Position numbers and translations under genes: made by a program. Source: an uncultured delta proteobacterium (GTDB lineage: Bacteria; Desulfobacterota; Desulfomonilia; UBA1062). From it: a stretch of 64,000 bases of DNA. The stretch lies in NCBI GenBank assembly GCA_963798485.1, contig CAWCTR010000030.1:96001-160000 (forward strand), read 5' to 3'. Positions 30,731 to 40,935 of this stretch are shown here, piece after piece (the stretch's first letter is position 1; each line of letters opens with the position of its first letter). The notes under the pieces were generated by a model. The model was given only the letters and a program-made list of their open reading frames with translations. It searched no databases and was not told the origin of the DNA.

Positions 30731-31945
30731 TACCTGCATAATACGCTCAAGTGCTGATTCTACATTCTCATGGCTGTTGAATGCGCTGATGCGGATATAG
30801 CCCTGGCCGCACCTGCCGAATCCGGCACCGGGAGTGCATACGACACCGGCCTTGTTCAGGAGCATATCGAAGAATTCCCAGGAATCTAAGCCGGTCTTTA
30901 CCCAGATATAGGGGGAGTTTTTACCTCCGGTGCATGTGTACCCAAGAGATTGCATGCCTGCCCTGATACGGGAGGCATTCTTCATATAGTAGTGAATCAA
31001 CTCCTTTACCTGGATCTTGCCCGCATCTGAATAAATTGCCTCGGCAGCCTTTTGCACAGGGTAGGAGACACCGTTGAACTTGGTGGCCTGACGCCTGTTC
31101 CAGAAGGTATGAAGGAGGTGTTTATGGCCGGCGGCGTCATATGCCATGCAGTTTTTTGGCACCACCGTGAAGGCGCACCGGGTTCCGGTGAACCCGGCGG
31201 TCTTGGAAAAGCTCCTGAACTCGATGGAGACTTCCCTCGCGCCGTCTATTTCATAGATGGACCGGGGTAGACTCTCATCGTTTATGAAGGCCTCATAAGC
31301 GGCATCATAGAGGATAAGGGCCTTGTTCTGCCTGGCATAATCCACCCAGGACTTCAACTGGGCTTTTGTGATGGTTGCACCGGTAGGGTTGTTGGGAAAG
31401 CACAGGTAGATAAGGTCCGCCTTCTCGTCCGGGATCACGGGAACGAACCCGTTTCCTTCAGTGCTGTCGAGATAGACTATATTCTTGTATCTTCCGTCTG
31501 CCGGGTCGCCTGAACGGCCCGCCATGACATTGGTATCCAGGTAAACGGGATAGACAGGGTCGGGAATGGCGATGCGGATATCGGCTGAAAAGATCTCCTG
31601 GATGTTTGCCGTGTCGCTCTTTGCGCCGTCGCTGACGAATATCTCATCTGAGTGAATGTCTGCGCCACGGGCCTGATAATCAGACAGGGCGATCTTTTCC
31701 CTTAAGAATGCATAACCCTGCTCAGGGCCATAGCCCTTGAAGGTGCTGTCCAGGGCCATTTCATCTACTGCCTTGTGAAAGGCATCAATGCAGGCCTTGG
31801 GTAATGCCCGGGTGACATCGCCGATGCCAAGGCGAATGATATCTTTGGCGGGGTTAGCCTCCTGGAAGGCAGCCACGCGCTTGCTGATCTCGGAAAAAAG
31901 GTATGACGGCTTCAACTTTAAATAGTTCTCATTGATCCTGATCAT
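30722..31945 (-). CDS. dapL: LL-diaminopimelate aminotransferase
   Basis: [57 protein letters not shown]. Confidence 0.95.
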   Translation of the reverse strand: MIRINENYLKLKPSYLFSEISKRVAAFQEANPAKDIIRLGIGDVTRALPKACIDAFHKAVDEMALDSTFKGYGPEQGYAFLREKIALSDYQARGADIHSDEIFVSDGAKSDTANIQEIFSADIRIAIPDPVYPVYLDTNVMAGRSGDPADGRYKNIVYLDSTEGNGFVPVIPDEKADLIYLCFPNNPTGATITKAQLKSWVDYARQNKALILYDAAYEAFINDESLPRSIYEIDGAREVSIEFRSFSKTAGFTGTRCAFTVVPKNCMAYDAAGHKHLLHTFWNRRQATKFNGVSYPVQKAAEAIYSDAGKIQVKELIHYYMKNASRIRAGMQSLGYTCTGGKNSPYIWVKTGLDSWEFFDMLLNKAGVVCTPGAGFGRCGQGYIRISAFNSHENVESALERIMQVLR

Positions 31946-32008
31946 AAATACACCTTCATATTTTTCCGCATTATATATTCATAGATGGCGGTCCTAGAGC
32001 AAGGAGAT

Positions 32009-32065
32009 TGTAGGAGCGGCTTTAGCCGCGATTTCCGCACAATCGCGGCTGAAGCCGCTCCTACA
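32009..32065. repeat. GTAG-family REP doublet (REPIN-like), copy 1
   Basis: TGTAGGAGCGGCTTTAGCCGCGAT...ATCGCGGCTGAAGCCGCTCCTACA inverted pair. Confidence 0.85.
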
Positions 32066-32087
32066 AATGGTTTTAATGCAGGGGGTC

Positions 32088-32756
32088 TTACATGATGAAC
32101 GCCTGTACTTCCTTGGCAAGCCACCGGGCCCATGCATCAATCCCGGCGCCGGTCTTACCGGAGGTCTCAAGTATGGTAATGCCTGGGTTCAGGGTGCGGA
32201 CCCGCTCATAGAGTTTCTTCATGTCGAAGTCGGACAGCCCCAGGTAGTCGACCTTGTTCACCAGCAGGACATCGCAGATGCTGAACATGAGAGGGTACTT
32301 GAGCGGCTTGTCGTCACCCTCGGGAACACTCAGGATCATGGCGTTCTTGACGGCCCCGGTGTCGAATTCGGCCGGGCACACCAGGTTGCCCACATTTTCT
32401 ATGATAACGAGGTCAAGGCCTGCCAGGTCGAGGGCGTCGAGCCCCTTCATCACCATGCCGGCATCCAGGTGGCAGAATCCGCCAGTCCTGATCTGGACTG
32501 CAGGTATGCCGGCACCGGCAACCTTCTCCGCATCCACCATGGAGTCGATGTCCGCCTCCAGCACGCCGATGCGGAATCTATCCTTGAGGTGCTCTATGGT
32601 CTTGAGGATCAGGGTCGTTTTACCGGCTCCCGGCGAGCTCATGAGGTTGAGGAGGAATGTCTTGCCACTTTTCAGTTTCTTCCTGAGGTCATCCGCTTCT
32701 TTCTTGTTATCCGAGAGGATCTCCTCTTTGATCTCGATCAGCCTGATCTCACTCAT
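32088..32756 (-). CDS. hypB: Hydrogenase nickel incorporation GTPase HypB
   Basis: SSPGAGKTT, TGGFCHLDA, ENVGNLVCPAEFD, EGDDKPLKYP, NKVD. Confidence 0.95.
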   Translation of the reverse strand: MSEIRLIEIKEEILSDNKKEADDLRKKLKSGKTFLLNLMSSPGAGKTTLILKTIEHLKDRFRIGVLEADIDSMVDAEKVAGAGIPAVQIRTGGFCHLDAGMVMKGLDALDLAGLDLVIIENVGNLVCPAEFDTGAVKNAMILSVPEGDDKPLKYPLMFSICDVLLVNKVDYLGLSDFDMKKLYERVRTLNPGITILETSGKTGAGIDAWARWLAKEVQAFIM

Positions 32757-33106
32757 CACTGCGCCTCCATGTCCTTGATATGGTATTCCTTGCCCGACAC
32801 CAGTGAAAACTTCTTTTGTCCGCATGCAGGGCAGGTGATGCCGTCGAATTTTGTCTTGTCGATCTCAAAGTGTTTCCCGCACCCTTCGCATGCGAGCACT
32901 GCCGGAACCCACTGGATCTTCAGCCTGGCGCCCTCTGCAATCGTGCCTGCGCTCAAGTGGTCAAAGTATTTCTGCATCCATTCCTCTTCCAGGTCGCTCA
33001 ATGTACCTACACAAAGGCCTATGGCATGGACCTTTTGTACGTGGTGCATGGCCGCGTGTTTGAGCACGATTGACAATATGCTCTGCATGACAGGGAGTTC
33101 GTGCAT
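32756..33106 (-). CDS. hypA: Nickel metallochaperone HypA
   Basis: MHE start, CEGCG...CPACG, SGKEY. Confidence 0.93.
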   Translation of the reverse strand: MHELPVMQSILSIVLKHAAMHHVQKVHAIGLCVGTLSDLEEEWMQKYFDHLSAGTIAEGARLKIQWVPAVLACEGCGKHFEIDKTKFDGITCPACGQKKFSLVSGKEYHIKDMEAQ

Positions 33107-33124
33107 TGCTTTTCCCCCTTTCTG

Positions 33125-33766
33125 TTACAGTAGGCCCTCATGCTCTTTGTGGAAGCGCGCGAAGAAAATTTCCATGAAGTCATGGCGTTCCCGGGCCATG
33201 CGCGAGCCTTCGGCTGTGAGCATCCTGTCCTTGATCTTGCTCAGCTTTACCTGGTATTCCCGGTAGCCTGTGTCGTCCCTGCTGTAGGGTTTGGTATGCT
33301 CGGGGTCGGCGTCAGGGTTGTGCAGCAGGGCACCCACCTCTCCGGCAAACAGGTATGCCCGCGCAATGCCCACCGCCCCGATGGCATCCAACTTGTCCGC
33401 ATCGAAGAGGACCTTGGCCTCGATGGTCCGGGGCACATGAGAGTTGCGGTACCGGTGAGTAAGGATGCAGTGGAGGATGTTCTCTTTCTTTTCATCAGGG
33501 ATGAGATAGTTATCCAAGAGCTCTTTGGCCATCTCGGCGCCCTTCTCGGCATGGCAGATCCCCCCTTTTGATCTATCCTGAAAGGTCCTGCCGATATCGT
33601 GAAGGTATGCGGATATGGTGAGGATATCGAGGTCCGCCCCCTCAATGGCCCCGATGTGCATGCAGAGTTTATACACCCTGAGGGTATGCTCCCAGTCATG
33701 ACTGTACTTTGCGTTTTCAAAATGATCCCGGGCATAGCCGCAAAGGGCATCGATGATGTCGTTCAT
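33125..33766 (-). CDS. HD-domain phosphohydrolase
   Basis: SHDWEHTLRV, LHDIG, HAEKG, DADKLDAIGA; start uncertain (33766 or 33784). Confidence 0.88.
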   Translation of the reverse strand: MNDIIDALCGYARDHFENAKYSHDWEHTLRVYKLCMHIGAIEGADLDILTISAYLHDIGRTFQDRSKGGICHAEKGAEMAKELLDNYLIPDEKKENILHCILTHRYRNSHVPRTIEAKVLFDADKLDAIGAVGIARAYLFAGEVGALLHNPDADPEHTKPYSRDDTGYREYQVKLSKIKDRMLTAEGSRMARERHDFMEIFFARFHKEHEGLL

Positions 33767-33912
33767 AGACAGGGCTGATACCATATGCATTTCCGATTGT
33801 GACAAGGGAATCCGGGCCATGCAGACGGGGAGCTTTTGCCTTGACAGCCAAAGAGGCATATATTAGCGATAAGCACTAATTATCTTGAGGGGTGCGTAAG
33901 AAAGGAGAAGGT

Positions 33913-35112
33913 ATGAGCGAGAATGATGAAAAGAGATTCGGAATGGCATCCCGGGCTATCCATGCAGGTGAACCCCGTGACAAATACGCCGATTCCCTTA
34001 CCACACCCATATTCCAGACCTCTACATTCACTTTCAAAAACAGCAAGGACATCAGGGAATATACCAAGGAAAAGAAAGAACGGTTCGAGTACGGCAGATA
34101 CGGCAATCCTACCGAGGTCATTGCACAACGGCGCATTGCAGACCTTGAAGGTGCCGAGGATTGCCTGGTCTTCTCCTCGGGCATGATGGCCATTACCACC
34201 ACCATACTTTCCCTGGTCCGTACGGGAGACCATATCGTCATCACTGATGACAGCTACAAAAAAACACTGGAGTTCTGCAAGATCTATCTGCAGAGGTTCG
34301 GTGTGGATTGCACTATCGTACCCTTCGGTGACTATGATGCCCTTGACCGAGCCATCAAGGAGAACACGAGGTTCATCTTCTCCGAGTCACCCACGAACCC
34401 CTACCTGAACGTCTTCGACCTCGTGTTGTTGAAGAAGATTGCGGACAAGCACCACGTGCTCACCCTCATCGACAGCACCATCGCGACCTCCATCAACCAG
34501 CGGCCCCTGGAATACGGTATCGACCTGGTCACCCATAGCGGCACCAAGTATCTCTCAGGCCACAACGACATCCTGGCCGGTGTGGTGCTGGGCAGCACCG
34601 AGCTCATCACCCCCATCAGGAGCCTGCACAAATCCATGGGCGGCCTCATCGACGCGCACTGCTGCTATCTGCTGCTCAGGGGCATCAAGACCTTCCCCAT
34701 GCGTGTGGAGCGGCAGAACGCAACAGCCCTGGAAGTGGCGGAATTCCTTGAAGGCCACCCGGCTGTGGAGCGGGTATACTACCCGTTCCTCGAAAGCCAC
34801 CAGCACTACTCAATAGCCAAGGAACAGATGACAGGCGGAGGGTGCGTGGTAACCTTTACCATGAAGGGCGGCCTTGAAGAGGCCAACCGTTTTATGGATT
34901 CACTGGAGATGATCTACATCGGCCCGAGCTTCGGCGGCGCAGAGACACTCATCACACACCCGGCCACGGTGACCTATTACGACTATACCCGTGAGAAGCG
35001 CTATGAATTGGGCATCACCGACACCCTGTTCCGGCTCGCCGTAGGCCTGGAAGATGTGAAAGATATTATCGAGGACCTTCAAAGGGCGTTTACAAAGGCG
35101 AAGAAGATGTAG
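33913..35112 (+). CDS. Cys/Met metabolism PLP enzyme (cystathionine gamma-synthase / methionine gamma-lyase family)
   Basis: PIFQTSTF, YGRYGNPT, FSSGM, ESPTNP, HSGTKYLSGHND, RLAVGLED. Confidence 0.92.
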   Translation: MSENDEKRFGMASRAIHAGEPRDKYADSLTTPIFQTSTFTFKNSKDIREYTKEKKERFEYGRYGNPTEVIAQRRIADLEGAEDCLVFSSGMMAITTTILSLVRTGDHIVITDDSYKKTLEFCKIYLQRFGVDCTIVPFGDYDALDRAIKENTRFIFSESPTNPYLNVFDLVLLKKIADKHHVLTLIDSTIATSINQRPLEYGIDLVTHSGTKYLSGHNDILAGVVLGSTELITPIRSLHKSMGGLIDAHCCYLLLRGIKTFPMRVERQNATALEVAEFLEGHPAVERVYYPFLESHQHYSIAKEQMTGGGCVVTFTMKGGLEEANRFMDSLEMIYIGPSFGGAETLITHPATVTYYDYTREKRYELGITDTLFRLAVGLEDVKDIIEDLQRAFTKAKKM

Positions 35113-35135
35113 GCTCGGCAATCAGGAAGGATGCT

Positions 35136-35939
35136 TCACAGGGAGGCAAGCACGCCCTTGAAGATATCCGCGATTTTCGGCCCGGCCTTTTCCGCCATGG
35201 CAATGACCGTCTCGATGGGAACGCTCAGATAGCTATCCGGGTCGTTGTTGTTGGTAATGGCCGATATGGCAAGCACCTCCATGCCGCAGTGCACTGCCTG
35301 GATCACCTCCATGACCGTGGACATACCTACAGCGTCGGCGCCGATCCGCTGAAGCATCCAGGTCTCGGCGGCGGTTTCCATGGATGGGCCCATGACCTGC
35401 ACGTACACGCCTTCGTGTAATCTGATGGAGTTCTCCTTGGCATACTTTCTCGCCAAGTTATTCAGCCGCCTCGAGTAGGGCTGTGTCATATCGGGGAAGC
35501 GGGGGCCGAACCGGTCTTTGTTGGGGCCCACCAGGGGATTGCTGCCGGTGAGGTTCATGTGATCCGTGATGAGCATGGCGCTGCCGGGCAACAGGGCCTT
35601 CCTGAGCCCGCCTGCAGCGTTTGAGATGAACAGGGTCTTAATGCCCAAGAGCTTGAAGACCCGGATAGGTAGTGTAATCTCTTGGGCTGAATATCCTTCG
35701 TAGAGGTGAAACCGGCCGCTCATGACCACGACATCCTTGCCGCCCAGGGCGCCCTTCAGCAGCCTGCCTGCATGACTGGTGACCGTGGATTGAGGAAAAC
35801 CCGGGATCTCGGAGTAGGGGATGGAGGTGCTGATGGAGATATCCCGTTCCATGACGCCGAGCCCTGTACCGAGGATGACGGCTGCCTGGGCGCCTTGAAG
35901 CGCGTGAAGTGCCGCAGCCGCATTGGTCTCTTTGTCCAT
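35136..35939 (-). CDS. Purine-nucleoside phosphorylase (trimeric type)
   Basis: ILGTGLG, GRFHLYEG, SNAAGG, GPRFPDM, GPSMET.AE, GADAVGMSTV.E. Confidence 0.92.
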   Translation of the reverse strand: MDKETNAAAALHALQGAQAAVILGTGLGVMERDISISTSIPYSEIPGFPQSTVTSHAGRLLKGALGGKDVVVMSGRFHLYEGYSAQEITLPIRVFKLLGIKTLFISNAAGGLRKALLPGSAMLITDHMNLTGSNPLVGPNKDRFGPRFPDMTQPYSRRLNNLARKYAKENSIRLHEGVYVQVMGPSMETAAETWMLQRIGADAVGMSTVMEVIQAVHCGMEVLAISAITNNNDPDSYLSVPIETVIAMAEKAGPKIADIFKGVLASL

Positions 35940-35941
35940 GC

Positions 35942-36115
35942 TTACTTGTCCAGGGCTATAGCCTCATCAATGAGCATGATCGGGATCTCGTCCTCGATGC
36001 GGTATTTCAGCTTGCAGGCATTGCAGATGAGCCCGCTTTTGTCTTTTTCAAGGACCAGCCCGCCTTTGCACTTGGGGCAGACCAGGATGTCCAGCAGTTC
36101 TTTATCAATCGGCAT
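35942..36115 (-). CDS. Trm112/YcaR-family small protein (below the ORF-track cutoff)
   Basis: MPIDKELLDILVCPKCKGGL...LICNACKLKYRIEDEIPIMLIDEA; RBS GGAGG. Confidence 0.88.
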   Translation of the reverse strand: MPIDKELLDILVCPKCKGGLVLEKDKSGLICNACKLKYRIEDEIPIMLIDEAIALDK

Positions 36116-36717
36116 GATAACCTCCTAGAAAATCTATGGCATTGTGGGAACATGATTGTCAAGGACGTGTGGTGGAAATTCACAATAGATAATTATCAGA
36201 GATCAACGAATGGTCTGGTTTTGGGGAAATCGTATAGTTATTGAAGAGATCTTCAATATGTGCAATGCTTTGATTTTGGCACGAAAGCTATGGTCTTAAG
36301 TAATTTAACAGCATATTGCCTTGCGTTTAATATAAGCATATACTTCAATTATTCCTCTGATGATTATATAAGGTATACCCATCGAGGGACTTACATACTT
36401 TCGCATCACAAGGGGAGCAATGGAACAGAAACCTGGGTTAATCTCGGTCTCTTCCTTTCAATCCTTTTACCCTGTCATGGCGGATTCTCCCGTAAGGGCT
36501 TACACCCCCGGGATGAAGAAGAGAATAAGATTGACGATTTTCAGAAAATAGAGTGAAAGTATCGCTCTGTCGTTAGGAGATTTTGACCCGGCCACAGAGA
36601 GGGGATCTTTAAGTGGTAACCCGGGATCTTTTAAAAAAGAAGAACATTATTACCATCTGGTTAAGTCATTGAATCAAGGAGAATAAATAAAAATATCTCA
36701 TAATGTATGGAGGAGAG

Positions 36718-37410
36718 ATGAAAAAGAAAGGTTTATTTCTATTGATGCTAGCAATGGTTCTAAATGTTGGTTGCGCTAACCAAAAAACATGGACGTACAG
36801 GGCGGAACCACATACAATGGGTGTTACTCCTTTAATTAATAAAAAGTTGGCCGTGCTACCTTTGTTGGACAGTAGGGAAAACTCAAATGAAAACATGTGG
36901 GCTATGTATTTGATCCCGCTGGTGCCTTATGGATGGCAGGATTATAACACCCCAGAAGGCGCCCAAATGCATATTACGAGTGGTTTGTGGCTTTTCAGGC
37001 CAGCCGAAGACTTCTCCAAGGCCATTGCGGAAGAGTTAAATAATTCCGGAATATTCCAGGAAGCCTTTTTTTCCTATAAGGCCAGTGAAGGTGACTTGGT
37101 GTTGAGAGGGGAGTTGAAATCAACACATTATACCGGTAAATTGATAACATACGGCCTCTCGATATATGGGCCCTTGTTATGGCTTTTGCCTGTGCCGAGT
37201 ACATATACAACAAATGAAGTCGAGCTGGTGGTGAGGATTGAAGATACTGCGCACAACAAAGTAGTTTGGGAAAATACTTACAAGAAAGATGAAAATGGGA
37301 CAGGAATAGGTATGTATTACCATCCATCGGATTTTAACTATGACAAGCTCTTAAAAGAGATCATGAAGGATGCTCTTGATGCTCTGAAGAAGACTCCACC
37401 TCAAACGTAA
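36718..37410 (+). CDS. Hypothetical lipoprotein
   Basis: MKKK + hydrophobic stretch + LNVGC lipobox; RBS GGAG; AT-richer than flanks. Confidence 0.7.
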   Translation: MKKKGLFLLMLAMVLNVGCANQKTWTYRAEPHTMGVTPLINKKLAVLPLLDSRENSNENMWAMYLIPLVPYGWQDYNTPEGAQMHITSGLWLFRPAEDFSKAIAEELNNSGIFQEAFFSYKASEGDLVLRGELKSTHYTGKLITYGLSIYGPLLWLLPVPSTYTTNEVELVVRIEDTAHNKVVWENTYKKDENGTGIGMYYHPSDFNYDKLLKEIMKDALDALKKTPPQT

Positions 37411-37680
37411 TGTAATGCGAGGGGTTTGTCATTTATTTTACTGAACCCTTCTTGAATCTTTCTTTATATAAGTCAAAGCTGAGATTTCTGCGATAAAGTG
37501 GCGCTTTCATAAGATCTGAGAAACAGTTGATCTTATGCCACCCCACACGTTCTGATACAGAGTATCATGCACCATATATTCCAGACTTAAATCATCGGTC
37601 TATCGTCTTATCTAAACCATGGCGATCTCGAAGAGATCTATGCCTTTGTCACACTGAAATGTACCTATAGACCTTTACCC

Positions 37681-39600
37681 CTATTGTTCAAAGTAGGGAT
37701 AGCCCCTTAAGCCTTCTTCATACATGTTCATTATCTCCCGGCGTTCCTGGGGTGTGATGAGGTTTTCCCGGATAGCCTGTTCCGCCGTGGCCCTGAACTG
37801 TTTGGTCATGTTTTTCGGTTCGTATTCCACGTAGGATAGTACATCGGCCACCGAATCTCCTTCGAGTTCTCTGACAAAGCTGTAGCTCCCGTCTTCATGC
37901 ACACGGATGCTCACCACATTGGTGTCGCCCATAAGATTGTGGAGGTCTCCCAGGGTTTCCTGATAAGCCCCCACCAGAAAGACGCCCAGGTAATAGTCCT
38001 CATTTTCCTTTACCGTATGCAGCGACAAGGCGCGCCGTACTCCCTGTTTGTCGATGAAATGATCGATTTTCCCGTCGGAGTCGCAGGTGATGTCCGCAAG
38101 GATGGCGTTTCTCGAAGGCATTTCAGCCAGCCGGTGCACCGGCATCACCGGAAAAAGATAACCGATGGCCCAGGAATCGGGCAGGGACTGGAATACACTG
38201 AAATTGGCGTAATAGGTATCGCACAGGGCGGTATCGATATCTATCAGATCCTTGGGAACGACTTTCAGGTTTTTGACATTCTCACTCAGGGCCTCGATGA
38301 TGTTCCAGAATATCTTGTCGCCCAGTGCCCGCTGCCTCAGGGTCAGGTCTCCGATTTTGAACATCTGGCGGATCTCATCACGGTAATACAGCGCGTCATT
38401 GTAACATTCCTGGAGATTCCGCACACTGAGCGATTTGAGAACCTCAAGCATGTTCAGGATGATTTCCGGGGTGTCTTCAGGCAATTCCTTGGACACGGAA
38501 TCCGTATCGATGGAACTGGTGTCGAAAATATTGAACAATAGAACCGAGTAATAAGCCACGGTGGCCCGGCCGGACTCGGTGATGATGGTGGGATGGGCAA
38601 TGTCGTGTTCATTCAGGATTTCCATGATGGCTTCGATCACGTCGGCGCAGTACTCATCCAGGGTATAGTTACGCGAGTTCAGGTAATTGGTGTGGGAACC
38701 GTCATAATCAACAGCCAAGCCGCCGCCCAGATCGAAATAACCCATGGCTGCTCCTTCGTGCACAAGACCGGCATAAACCCGGCAGGCTTCCTGGATGGAG
38801 GCCCTTATATCCCGGATATTGGGAATCTGTGAACCCAGGTGATAATGGAGAAGCTGGAGGCAGTCCAGCATGCCCGCCCTTTCGAGTTTTTCGATTGCTT
38901 CAATGATCTGGGAGATGGTCAGGCCGAAAATACTCCGGTCTCCGCCGGATTCGGTCCAGTGCCCGCCTGCCTGGGTGGAAAGCTTTAAACGGACACCCAG
39001 AAGGGGCTTGATTCCCAGTACCTTTGACCGTTCGAGGATCAGGTCCAGCTCTCCTGGCATTTCCAATACGAAGAAACACTTGAATCCCATCTTGCAGGCA
39101 TACAGCCCGAGATCGATGAATTCCCGGTCCTTGTAGCCATTGCATACCAGGCAGGCTTCCTTGTCATCCAGAAAGGACAGGGCCGCAATCAGTTCGGCCT
39201 TGCTGCCGGCTTCGAGCCCGTGGTGATAGATTTTGCCGATGCGGGTGATGGTTTCGATCACCTGTTTCTGCTGGTTCACCTTGATAGGGTAGACCCCTTT
39301 GAATTCCCCTTTGTAATCGAACTTGGCAATGGCGGAGCGGAAACTCTCGTGTATCTGGATGATCTGGGAGTCGAGGATGTCTTCGAAACGAAGGAGCATA
39401 GGCATGTCATACCCACGTGCTCTGATCCCGGATATGATTTCGGGAAGATTGACGGATACATCTTTTTTGTCTCGGAGAGGTGTGACCACTACATCCCCTT
39501 TATCGGAAATACTGAAGTATCCGGATCCCCATTCCCGTATCTGGTACAGCTCAGTGGAATCATTCACCGTCCATCGTTCCATGGTATGTTTCTGTTTCAT
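37681..39600 (-). CDS. speA: Biosynthetic arginine decarboxylase
   Basis: WGSGYF, YPIKVNQ (PLP Lys), GLEAGSKAEL, HYHLGSQI, DLGGGLAVDYDG, DITCDSDG, GAYQETLGDLHNL. Confidence 0.95.
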   Translation of the reverse strand: MKQKHTMERWTVNDSTELYQIREWGSGYFSISDKGDVVVTPLRDKKDVSVNLPEIISGIRARGYDMPMLLRFEDILDSQIIQIHESFRSAIAKFDYKGEFKGVYPIKVNQQKQVIETITRIGKIYHHGLEAGSKAELIAALSFLDDKEACLVCNGYKDREFIDLGLYACKMGFKCFFVLEMPGELDLILERSKVLGIKPLLGVRLKLSTQAGGHWTESGGDRSIFGLTISQIIEAIEKLERAGMLDCLQLLHYHLGSQIPNIRDIRASIQEACRVYAGLVHEGAAMGYFDLGGGLAVDYDGSHTNYLNSRNYTLDEYCADVIEAIMEILNEHDIAHPTIITESGRATVAYYSVLLFNIFDTSSIDTDSVSKELPEDTPEIILNMLEVLKSLSVRNLQECYNDALYYRDEIRQMFKIGDLTLRQRALGDKIFWNIIEALSENVKNLKVVPKDLIDIDTALCDTYYANFSVFQSLPDSWAIGYLFPVMPVHRLAEMPSRNAILADITCDSDGKIDHFIDKQGVRRALSLHTVKENEDYYLGVFLVGAYQETLGDLHNLMGDTNVVSIRVHEDGSYSFVRELEGDSVADVLSYVEYEPKNMTKQFRATAEQAIRENLITPQERREIMNMYEEGLRGYPYFEQ

Positions 39601-39601
39601 A

Positions 39602-40775
39602 TTATTCGAGTCTCCCTTTGAAATCATCATACCCGAACCGGCGCACGATCTCGTAGCTGCCGTCTTCGTGCAGCAGGGCGAGATCGGGTAGGGGCGTGCC
39701 GTTGAAGGTATTGTTCTTCACGAAGCTGTACTGGAGCATATCGCCGAAGACGAGCTTGTCACCGGTCTTTCAGGGGCTCTTCAAAAGAATATTCGCCGAT
39801 AACATCGCCCGCCATGCAGGTGTTGCCGCCAAGGATGCAGGTATAGGGATGCACCCCGGAGAGGCTGCGCCGAAGAGGGGCGGCGTGTACGGCACTTCCA
39901 GGACATCGGGCATGTGGCAGGAGGCCGAGGCATCCAGGATGGCGATTGCTTTTTCGTTGTGAACGATATCCAGCACTGTTGCCACCAGATAGCCGGCATC
40001 GACCACCAGGCCGCTCCCCGGTTCCAGAATCACCTCAACCGCAAAAGCAGTGCGGAAATCCCTTATAGCGTTGATAAGGGTCTCGATGTCATATCCTTGT
40101 TTATTGATGAAATGCCCGCCGCCAAAATTTACTGCCTCGACACGCTTGATGTATGTGGCGAATTCTCCGGCAATATGGTTGATGAGACCAGCGGATCCAT
40201 CATGAAGGGACTCGCACAAGGCATGGACGTGAAGGATGTCGATCTCGTCCCAATCAAGCTTGTCAAGCTCGGCACGGACCACGCCGAAGCGGCAGCCCGG
40301 TGAACAGGGGTCATAGAGATGGCCGCCTAGCGTTGCCTTTGAATAACCCGGGTTGATGCGGATGCCGACCTTTTTATCTATCCCTGCGGCCCTCACGGCA
40401 GGGCAGAAAGCGCCGGATCTGTGTAACGGAATTGAAATAGATATGATCGGCTGATATGTAACAGTTCTTTGAAGGGTGTTTTCCGTATAGGCAGGCGCAT
40501 AGACATGTACTTCCTTGCCGAATTCTTCTTTGCCGAGACGCGCTTCGTAGAGACCGCTGGCAGTTGTGCCGTCGAGGGACTGGCGCATCAGGGGGAATAC
40601 GGCAGGCATTGCAAACGACTTCATTGCCAGAAGAATACGGCATCCGGTCCTGCAGTGCGGATATGGGCCGCCGTTGCCATGTTCTTTTTAGAGGCCATGT
40701 CAACCACGTAGGCAGGTGTTTGTATTTTAGAGAGGGCTGCATCGAGGAGAGGGGGCAAGAACCGTTCAATTCCAT
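39602..40775 (-). pseudogene. nspC: Carboxy(nor)spermidine decarboxylase with multiple frameshifts (probably assembly errors)
   Basis: Pieces in different frames: TPAYVVD; MKSFA, TTASGLYEARLG, GIRINPG, YDPC..SPGCRFG, HALCE, NFGGGH, EPG, HMPDVLE; GGNTCMAGD, FGDMLQYSFVKNNTFNG, FGYDDFKGRL. Confidence 0.85.
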
Positions 40776-40795
40776 TCTCCCGCGGTTACAGTGCC

Positions 40796-40890
40796 AAGTC
40801 TCTCCCTTTTATAAAGGGAGGACAGGAGGGATTTTCTTCTAGAGATCAAAGAAATCTCCCCTGTCCCCTCCTTAGAAAGGAGGGGGACTT
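40796..40890. repeat. Inverted doublet of hairpins (second repeat family) between CASDH and nspC
   Basis: AAGTCTCTCCCTTTTATAAAGGGAGGACAGGAGGGATTT...AAATCTCCCCTGTCCCCTCCTTAGAAAGGAGGGGGACTT; the arms are imperfect reverse complements. Confidence 0.7.
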
Positions 40891-40935
40891 ATTGCGGATT
40901 CACAGATAAAAATTTTATATACAGCCATAAAATCG

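Noticed and set aside
32067-33266. 399-aa plus-strand ORF
   Set aside because: Antisense to hypB, hypA and the HD gene.
36277-36292. Sigma-54-like TGGCACG box
   Set aside because: The -12 element reads CTAT rather than TTGC.
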